A stretch of 64,000 nt of DNA. It comes from Chrysomallon squamiferum. Lineage: Eukaryota > Animalia > Mollusca. The position numbers were made by a program, and so were the translations under genes. The notes under the pieces are model-generated. The model ran no database searches, was not told where the DNA came from, and saw nothing but the letters and a program-made list of their open reading frames with translations. The stretch covers positions 47,430,001 to 47,494,000 of the forward strand of contig CM022665.1 in NCBI GenBank assembly GCA_012295275.1, in the 5' to 3' direction. Numbering within the stretch: position 1 is the first letter of the stretch; the number at the start of each line of letters is the position of its first letter. Positions 30,906-40,582 of this stretch are shown here, piece by piece.

Positions 30906-32863
30906 TCATTCATCCACACCCTGGTTTTCATCATCCTCTCCATCTTCTGCCATCAGAGCCTTCCTCTCGTGAACCGTCTGCTTCTCTTCCCTGGCACCCC
31001 CCTCCCACGCCTCCCCTCCGCCCTTCCCACCCCTCGGTCCCTCGTCCCCTTTGTCCTTGGTCACCTTGTCCCACCTGTTAGGCCTGCGCTTCTTCTCGGA
31101 GTGCGACAGGTCGAAGCTGGAGTCTGCGTCTGTGCACGTTTCATCACTGGTCAATGACCTGTGTCTGGGCTCCTCGTCCGGCAGACGGATCTTGCTGATG
31201 TCTTCGTCCGGCAGCATGATGTGCTCGTGGGATGGGACGCCCATCTTCTCAGCGTCTCCCTCCTCCGTCTCCTTGTCTCCGCTGAGCTGTCTCTCTTTGT
31301 GCACCTGTTCACTGGCGGAGCCTTTAACCTCCTCGCCCTCTCTGCTCTTTCCATCACTCACTTTCTCCCTGTCCTCACTCTTCCTTCTCTCACTCGGGTG
31401 CGTCCCCTCCCGAGAATTCTTTCTCAACCTGTCACTGTCTCTAGACAAATCTTTGCCACTTTTTTTACTCCTTTCAGTGCTCCTGTCTCTTGACCTACTC
31501 CTATCGCGCCCATACGACCTGCTCCTCTCTCTTCCCCTTGACCTTCCCTTCGACCTACTTCTGTCCCTCCCTCTTGACCTACTGTCTCTTCTTTGTAACC
31601 TGTTCCATTCCCTCCCCCTTGATCGACTCCTATCCCTTTCTCTTGACCTGCTCCTAAACCTCCCCCTTGATCTACTCCTGTCTCTCCCAAAGGACTTCTC
31701 CTTGGTAATTTTTCTAATTCTTCTTTCCCTATCTCTCGACCGACTCCTTTTTCTGTCTCTGGACACACTTCTCTTTCTCTCCCGAGACAAGCTCCTCTTT
31801 CTCTCTCTAGACAAGCTCCTCTTTCTCTCCCTAGACAAGCTCCTCTTTCTCTCCCTAGACAAGCTCCTCTTTCTCTCTCTAGACAAGCTCCTCTTTCTCT
31901 CCCTAGACAAGCTCCTCTTTCTCTCTCTAGACAAGCTCCTCTTTCTTTCCCTAGACAAGCTCCTCTTTCTTTCCCTAGACAAGCTCCTCTTTCTCTCCCT
32001 AGACAAGCTCCTCTTTCTGTCCCTAGACCGGCTCCTCTTTTTGTCTCCTGACACACTCTTTTTCCTGTCCCTGGACACAGACACCTTTCTCTCATTGGAC
32101 ATGCTCCTGTCTTTCTCCCTGGGCCTCAACACACCGGCCTTTCTTTCAGCACTCGTCTCCCCGCCTTCCCGCCCCGCCTTCTTCCCCCTGTCCCCCCTGC
32201 TACTGACAACGACAACGACATTGGGCTCCTCCCTCCCATCACCACCCCCTGCTCCTCTTTCACTCCTCAGCGAGTCCTTTCTCTTCCTGTCCTCTCCGAC
32301 AGAAGAACTCTCTGCGTGGACGACCCCATTCTCCAGGGAGCCACTTTTCACAACGATCTCCCTGCGGTCTGCACTGCGACTTTCTCTCACCCGATCAGAC
32401 GACTTACCCATCTCCACGTCACGTGACCGTCTCCTGTCCCCCTCCCCACTGCTTCCTCCTCCTCCTACTCCCCCTCCCCCAGCCTGCTTCTCTCCTCGAG
32501 GTGCATCTTTCTCGTCGTCGGCCTCTCGTGCGGGCATTCCCTTTTTTTCGCTGGCTACGACTTCCTCCACAACTCTCGACATGCAAAAATCTTCTTCATT
32601 CTGCACGCTGACGTCATCCTCGTCGTCATCATCATCATCGTCGTCGTCGTCGTTGTTGCGATCACGTCTGTTTTCTTTCTCTTCGCCCTCTTCGTGCTGT
32701 TCATCGTGCATGACGTGTTCGTCGACGTCGTCGTGGGGGTCAGCACCCCCGGTCACGATCTTCTCGTTCTTTCTCAGCCTGATTCTTTCCTCTCGCTCCT
32801 GTTCCAGTCTCATCAGTTCTTCGATCTCTCTCTCCATCAGCTCCCTTCTCTCGGCTATCATTT
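30906..32863 (-). CDS. PNN: Pinin terminal exon: acidic region plus long RS domain
   Basis: Acceptor TTTTGTAG at 32864. The exon is open to TGA at 30906-30908 and corresponds to the 704-aa ORF minus its intronic N-terminal part. It is GC-rich relative to its flanks. Confidence 0.93.
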
Positions 32864-33411
32864 CTACAAAACAAAAAACAAAATTAACACTTTCAGATTT
32901 TCGAAACTTTGTTTTTTTTTGGTCAAAACCCTGCAAAAAATGACGATTCAAAAATATGAACTGAAGATAAAAAAAAAAATTAAAGTTAAAACTGACAATT
33001 AAAATGAAAATAAATTTCAAAAAAATATATTAATAATAAAATTCATATATACAACAACCATACAACAGTCTTGTATGGACACTACAGTTACCTGTATTAA
33101 AGCAAACAAGTGTTTACAAGCAGTTTACTTATTTTGATGATTTCCTGTCCTCTTAATTTATCCTAAATGGAGAGAGAGCAGTATTTTAGGTCACAAATGA
33201 AACCCTACTCTGAATGTGACCTGTCGAACTTGTAAATCATTCATCATGAAACATTATTATACATCATACACAGAAAAAATTCAAAAAAACTTTTTCTAAT
33301 ATTCTGATATGGAAGAGGTCGATATATTATGGAAATGACTGCATTTTTAAATTTAATATTTTTTTTTTAATAATAGTTAATATGTTACTTCTAGAGTGAA
33401 TGCTTCCAGGC

Positions 33412-33455
<44 letters not shown>

Positions 33456-33974
33456 TTCCTGTATTACTCAGTGGATATCACCTACATGTCACACACAAAG
33501 AAGTGAACATTCTGTAAATCATAAAAACTTTGATTTGTAAATGTTATTTTACAAATGGCTCCTTGTATTGTTATTTCTGCGGTCTAAATAAGAACAATGA
33601 ATTCTGCTGATAAACTGCAGCGTTTTGAGTACATGTAAATCAGTAAATATTAACAAACATGACAAAAAAGAAAATCTTCTTTATTCTGACTGTAAAGAAA
33701 ACTGTGATTATTACTGCAACATAATTCGGGCAGTAAAATGCCAAAAGACAAATCTAAAATGTTTTTAAAAATATCCTTCAACTGTTCAACACCTTTTAAA
33801 GATTTCTGACAAATTTATTTACATCTGTGACTACAAGCTGACATAAAATATCAAGTAAAACAGAATTATAAAATAATGATCAGATGCTTTAAAATCACTG
33901 ACAACCAAAATAAAATTTGTTTATATGCGATATGACATAATCTTTTAAAGTTTATAAAAGTAATAATAATAATA

Positions 33975-34016
<42 letters not shown>

Positions 34017-36414
34017 CAGCTTTAAAAGGTTACATTAGATTAAGGACAAGTTTAACTGTACTTACCAACATCAGCCATCATCTGAGAAAAACATTTACAG
34101 TAAACAAAATAATGGGGATAAAAAAATAAACAAGATAAAAAAATAATAATAATTTAATATTATCCAGTGTCACTGACATAATATTTATATCCAAATTACA
34201 ATTTATTTAATATCATTATTAAATAAAAATTACTGTATTACTTGTATAAAATCCAAATTATATATTATTTAATATCATTATTAAATAAAATTTATTACAG
34301 TATCACTGACATAGCATCTGAGTTATAAATTATTTAATAATATTTTATATTAAAAGAAAATGACTATTGAGCATTCAACAACAAAAAAAGGCTTTCAATT
34401 TTTTACTAATAAAAATAATCTAATATTGCTGATATACAAGATCTTAAATAAATTTGTAAATGAATTAACAAGAAAACTGTGTAATTGTGTTAATTATACA
34501 TTCAATATTGGACAGATCAGAGTAATTATAATAAACAATTTAGAATACTAACTGTATTACTCAAACTGAATTACATACTGTTTAGTAACTATTACAGGCT
34601 TTGTATTTAAAAAAATACAGATGAATGAAATAATTTTATATTAAAAAAAAAAAATTTAAATTTACATTACAGAATAATTTTGAGAAATCTATAAGAACAA
34701 CTGCTTTTGACTTTTGCTATTATCTTTTATACAAAATTTAAAACATCACTTTAAACTGACATTCATAAAATTTTAAAAATTAGGTTCTTATGGAATAATA
34801 TAAAAGGACAGAAATGTGGTCAGTAGTAAAATACTGGAAACAAATAAATCAATTATACAATCCTTACATACACATTTTTATGAAAAAAAAGACCTGATTA
34901 TATTATAAACATTTCAATTACTGATAAAATTTACATAGTGATACAGGCTAAAAAAAAATGTACACGACATAATTCTTATTTAAAAACAAAACTAGTAATA
35001 ATGAAATATTCCGTAAGTATAAAAAGGTGATTTTTCAATGACTGACTGATTAACAAAACCACAGAACAAAATAATGATTGGATATCATTACATCATCATC
35101 ATAATAATAATAATAATAATAAAATAGAGTAAAAAAAAAATCGGTGGTATAAAAAAATAAAAAAATAATAATAATAATAAAATAATAAAACAACCCTGAT
35201 TTTTAGGAATAACCCGTTGAAATTTGTGTAAAAATACGATGATGACTTACGATCGACAACTCTGACAGTTTCCTGTAGTTTGTTCGAAGTAGCTGTTGTG
35301 TGACTTTTGGGAGAAAGAAAATCCGAGGTACTGTCTCAGTACAAATAAAGTTCTCTAGTTTTCTTGTCTCTTGTTCCCAGAGATCGTGCTGCAATTATAA
35401 ATTAATAAATAAATAAATAAATAAATAAATTAATAAATAAATAAATAATAATAATAATACTAACAGTAATAATAGTAACAGCATTAGCAGCAAATAGTAA
35501 AAAACCAGTTAAATAAATATATAAATAAATAAATAAATAATAATAAAATAATAATAATAATAATAATAATAACAATAAACAGTTATAGTAATAGCACAGC
35601 AGCAGCAAATAGAAAAAAACCAGTTAAAAACCACATCCAACACAAAATAAATATATAAATAAACACAGATAAAAACAATAAAATAACACAAAAACCAATA
35701 ATAACAACACACACACAACACACACACAGAGACAGACAGTTCCTAACAGCATTTTACCAGCAAATAACTCCAAAAACAGTTTAAAAACCTGTTTATGCTG
35801 CATCTCCAACACAAAGCTGTTTTGTTTCACACACAAACACACAAACAAACAAACACACACACACACACACAGACAGACAAAGACCATTGTCTCACACATT
35901 TTACCTGTTGTACTAACTCCATCTTCTGCTCCAGTCGGTTTACACACCCAGACACACATCTCCAAAGACCATTTTCTCTCACACACAAACAAACACACAC
36001 ACACACACACACAGACAGACTGTTTCTCTAACTCCATTTTTCTGTTGCTCCAATTCGGTTTATCTTCACCTGTTCATGCTGCATCTCTAGCACAAGCTGT
36101 TTTCTCTCACACACAGACAGACACACAGACAGACAGACAGTTCCTCACACACATTTTACCTGTTGTACTAACTCCATCTTCTGCTCCAGACGGTTTATCT
36201 TCGCCTGTTCATGCTGCATCTCTAGCACAAGCTGTTTTCTCTCCAGCTGAATCTGAGCGCGCTCACTGCGAGCTTTCTCCTCCAGTTTGTTTTCTATCTC
36301 CTTCCTCCTTTCCTCCTGTACTCAGAATGTTAGTAAAATACTTATAGTTACACTCCTTGAAATACTTGCATATTTGTTTAAACATTAACAGTGTAAAATT
36401 TATAAGAAAATCAA

Positions 36415-36445
<31 letters not shown>

Positions 36446-39400
36446 GTAATAATAATAATAGTAATAATAAATAACAAATAAATAAAAGAAAAATAATAAA
36501 TTAAATTTTTTTAGCATTAGGAAAGGCAGAAGTCTTCGGCAGTTATATATTTGATATAATTTCAGCTACTATTGTCATGTCAGAGATTGTATTTAACTGT
36601 TTGTAAACAAAAGAATCTCGTGTTGCTAGCCAGTAAATAAATAAATGGAGTGTTGCCAGCTGGTTTATACATCTCTATAATTCTACACGAGAGTGCATTT
36701 TCGAAATAACTTAATTATTAAAAAATGTATGTTACATAAAAAAATAATAGAAAAATAAATTTAAAAAGTGCTCACTTTGTCTTTATTCTGTTTCGCTTCC
36801 TTCTTGAATGTCTGCAGAGTTCCCAGAAGAAGACCAAACATGCGTTTGTTTCTGAAAAATAAATTTCATTGTTGCAGACAAAACTCAGCGATGTTGATAC
36901 AGCTTTTATATTAACTATCATACTGACAACATTTAATTCATCAAAATGTTTAAAATTCACTGTGTATGCAACATGTTGTTATTTATTAGCAAATAAAAAG
37001 ATATAATTTGTAGATTTTAAAGCTGAGATATATTTACTATGTCCACAATCTTTTGAAAGACTGAGCAACAGTCTAACAATTTTTGTTTTTTCTTCCAATA
37101 AATGTAATCCAATTTATCTAAAACATGATGATAATTCCTTTCATTCATACCAACAACATATTTGTTTTAAAAAAAATACTTTTCTTGAGTTATTAATATC
37201 AGATAAATATTTATTTCTTTTAATTATTAAAAATTAAACATAATTACACAACAATGTTAGACACAGAGAAAAAGATGCTCTAGAAGCTTAGAATAGTTTT
37301 AAAACAAACTTTTCACCACTGAATCAGAGAAAAGCATATTTTATATTGTACAGGAAATTTCACTATTTTTATTCCTGGAACCCAGACATTATTTTGTCAC
37401 TTAAATTTAAAATCTAAAACATAACTGGACATATGTGACAGTCACTGAACTAAAAACAGTTTATACCTGGCCAATCCTTTCTTATCCTGTGTCTGTTCTT
37501 TAAGCATATCTTTACGAGTTCGCTTAACACCAGCAGCCACGACTGTTGACTGGATAGCCGGCTAAAACAACATCAACAACATCATTATCAACATCAACAT
37601 CACCACTAATTACAGCTAATGACAACATCATAAACCATCTTCAAAATTCTTATTCTAACTCTATTTTGAATTAATGTTTTATTACCTACAATCGTTTTGC
37701 ATAAGATCAACTAAAATTTATTTACTCTTTAATAAACAAAAACAACATCAAAGAAGCTAGATGGTAGTTAGGTGTAAATAGATTATGCAGTCTGTTAGGG
37801 ACTGGAAAAAAAAAAATCATAAAGTATACTCTGTTGCATGAAATTACAAAAAGTATTAAATCAAACTCACAGTCAGAAAAGTATAAAAAATGAAATTAGA
37901 GTTAAATATAAAACTAGATTCACAGATAAGGTATGAAAGCAGACACAGATAAAGGTATGATATCAAACTTCAAAGTATGTTTAAAACATACAATTTCATA
38001 AAATATAAAATCCAGACTTACTTGTTCTTCCAGTTCATCCTCATCCCAGCTATCCTCCCTCTGCTGTCTCCCTCCCATCACTGGTCGGCTCCCCAGTCTG
38101 AAAACACAATATACATGTATTTGTCTGTATGTCTGTGTGTGTGTGTGTGTCTATGTGTCTGTGTGTGTGCGTGTGCATTCACATGCATGTATATATATAT
38201 ATATATATACAATCCAGTACACACACATTTATACTTGCAGTCATGTTTAGTAAGTTCAATATATCAAAAATGTCAAGTTTTAAAACATTTAATTAAACTA
38301 AACTTCTGTCATTAGGAAATATAAACATTACTGATTTGTAACATCAAAATCACTAACTAACTGCATCCAGTTAACTGTTGATGACGATCAAATAATGGTT
38401 CTGGGAGACGTGTTAAATTAAAACGTTATTATTTCACACTGTATGTTGCTGTATAAATTCTGCAAACCTTACACAATATTATTCTTTAAGCCAGTAAAGA
38501 TCTTAAAAGCACTTAGCATAATTCTGTCCTCTACTGGTGTAACTAAGGTGTGGCACAAGATCTGGGTGCCATTTGAAAGGGTGGGGGAGACCCATGTCCA
38601 ACTACACATTTTCTGTTAAATTTTAGCTGATCTTAAAGTAAAAATTATCTTAATGTTTGGGCTGGGATGCAGTTATAGTGCTTTTCCTTTGATTCTGTTA
38701 CTTAATACATTAGCTATTTCAGGCCAAGTATTCTATGGTTGATTATTTTGCTTTGTTATATAAAGAAATAACAAAATATGAATGTAGTTAATGAATATCA
38801 ATATAGAGCTTCATTCTGTTCATTTTTACCTGACTGTTCTAACAATCAAAACATTTTAACAGTTACACAGAACAAGTTACACACTGCTTATTTAGTGCTG
38901 TGTGATTGTATGAAGGCTGAATTGAAGAATTACTTCTTGTTCTTGCTTTTTCTGTCTTCTAAAAAGTTGTTGCTCTATCATTCTACCTTTTTTTTTTCTT
39001 TTTTTTTTTTAAATCTTGAAAGATAGTGAAATACATGTTTACAGTTTGTAGGGTATGTGATAAACATTGAAAATTAAGTTACTTACCTCGCAAACGCTCC
39101 CGTCAACAAACGTTTCTTTGCAGCTGGACCATCGTCAGACATACGTCGCCTGCAAAATAGAAATAAATAAAATATTAAATAACTCATGTAGTCAGACTAC
39201 AGTGTAGAATTGTTATTAAAATAAATAACTCATAGAGTGTGACTACAGTGTAGAATTGTTATTAAAATAACTCATGTAGTCAGACTACAGTGTAGAATTG
39301 TGATTTAAATAAATAACTCATATAGTAAGGCTACAGTGTAGAACTGTTACTAAAATAAATAACTCATATGGTCAGACTACAATGTAGAATAGTTATTTAA

Positions 39401-40257
39401 ATAAATAACTCATATAGTCAGACTATAGTATAGAATAGTTATTAAATATCAAGCAAATGGCACTTTTTAGCAGCAATAAACAAAACTATGAGACCATGTC
39501 AATGCTGCTGTTTTGAAGACAGGTAATATAAAATAAAAAAAATGCCCCTTGTTCAGTGTGGGGGAAACACTATCACCAACATCGACAACACTTACCGACC
39601 AAGTTGTGTAGCACGACCTCGGCCGCGGCCTCTGGCATCAGAACCCGTAAAGTCACGTCTTCCAAAATTTCTGGAATAAATAAATAAATAAAAGCAATGT
39701 AAGGATTGCAATCTTTTGAATATATATTCAACTTAATAACTTGTAATTGTCACTGCATATAGTGCAATAATAATAGTAATAATAATAATAATATTTTTAT
39801 TTCTAAACTGTTTACAGAGAAATGAGGAAACACAACTTCTAGAATTTGTTATAACCATTCAGTGATTCACTTTGTCAATTGTTATGTATACCATGTATAA
39901 TTTATTAAATGTAGATATTATTATTATTAATTTATTATTATTATATGATGAATTTATAGTTTTGCAAACTGATATTTGTGATAGTGATACTAAATCAAAT
40001 GATTGATAAGAAAGTAAAAGTGTTTCTGAAGATGTAAAATTAGATCTTAAAAGTTGAAGAACTGATTATCATTATATACTAAATAAAAACATAAGATTAC
40101 AATTAATCGTTTAATGTGATGCAGTAATTGTATTTCACCTTTGCTCTTCTGGATCCCTTCCTGTCAACTTTTTTATATTTTCATTGACATCTTTCAATTT
40201 ATATTTTGCTCTTTCTAGTTCTTCTTGCAAAATTTCCAAACCCTTTACCTCCGCCAT
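30906..40257 (-). CDS. PNN: Pinin (PNN/SDK/memA family, EJC/PSAP-associated RS protein); complement exons 40139..40257, 39596..39670, 39087..39149, 38022..38097, 37467..37561, 36776..36851, 36160..36315, 35251..35388, [34066..34081 candidate microexon], 30906..32863; ~918-923 aa
   Basis: Exon 1 MAEVKGLEILQEELERAKYKLKDVNENIKKLTGRDP matches the recalled pinin N-terminus (LQEQLEKAKESLKNVDENIRKLTGRDP). Later exons give PAIQSTVVA, RNKRMFGLLLGTLQTFKKE, RRKEIENKLE, RLEQKMEL and FICTETVPRIFFLPK. All introns are GT-AG and phases are consistent through exon 8. The exon 8 to terminal exon junction needs +1 nt (see findings). Confidence 0.93.
31745..32060 (-). repeat. Coding 24-bp tandem repeat, (RERKRSLS)n: 10 core copies plus degenerate flanking units
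   Basis: GACAAGCTCCTC recurs every 24 bp from ~31786 to ~32002. Confidence 0.95.
34066..34081 (-). CDS. PNN: Candidate 16-nt microexon in pinin intron 8 (ATGATGGCTGATGTTG)
   Basis: Minus strand reads ...tgtttttctcag|ATGATGGCTGATGTTG|gtaagtac: strong acceptor and consensus donor. No transcript evidence available. Confidence 0.5.
35740..36243 (-). repeat. Tandem ~130-140-bp repeat: native 3' half of pinin exon 7 plus donor, and three decayed intronic copies
   Basis: Native 36140-36243; copies at ~36028-36107, ~35891-35980 and ~35740-35828, separated by CA/CAGA tracts. Confidence 0.85.
39176..39447. repeat. Minisatellite in pinin intron 2, ~45-bp unit x ~6
   Basis: AAATAACTCATRTAGTCAGACTACAGTGTAGAATTGTTATTA repeated. 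Confidence 0.9.
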
Positions 40258-40582
40258 TTTCTACAGTGCGAAAGTTATTGACCGATACACGTTTCTAAAC
40301 GAACGAATATGGTGCGTCACGGATATAAAATACCAGTTTCTTAAACGATAAAATTGAAACTAGTAATGGAAAATGGAAATTTTGTATAATAAATTATAAC
40401 TTTTAAAAAATATTAATAATTCTCATTTGATAAAAATAAATGAAAACTCACACAAACAATATAATTTTTTTTATGTATATTAATTTAGAAAAAAATAAAT
40501 GCTAAAAATAATTTTAGTTTCGCATCATGTTTTAAACTAGTTTTAACTTAACCAAACACATGTAACCTTGTACCAGTCCAAA
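40258..40582. promoter_or_regulatory. Putative bidirectional promoter, PNN/TRAPPC6
   Basis: Only 325 bp separate the divergent ATGs. Both starts sit in YY1-type AAAATGGCG contexts. CRE-like TGCGTCA at ~40313. Confidence 0.75.

Noticed and set aside
31051-32943. 630-aa plus-strand ORF antisense to the pinin terminal exon
   Set aside because: Leu/Ser-rich shadow of the purine-rich RS exon; it begins at a non-ATG codon and has no domain signature.
30906-33020. 704-aa ORF as a stand-alone gene with a hydrophobic N-terminus
   Set aside because: The first ~52 codons are T-rich intron upstream of the acceptor at 32864; the rest is pinin's last exon.
33130-33215. TGATGA...CTGA pair resembling a C/D snoRNA (also ~42263-42315)
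   Set aside because: The first is antisense to the host pinin transcript; the second is too short. Neither has a terminal stem or a recognisable rRNA guide.
30906-40257. Pinin as a pseudogene because of the exon 8 frameshift
   Set aside because: All other exons, splice sites and the 1958-nt terminal exon are intact; a single indel is better explained by assembly error or microexon rescue.
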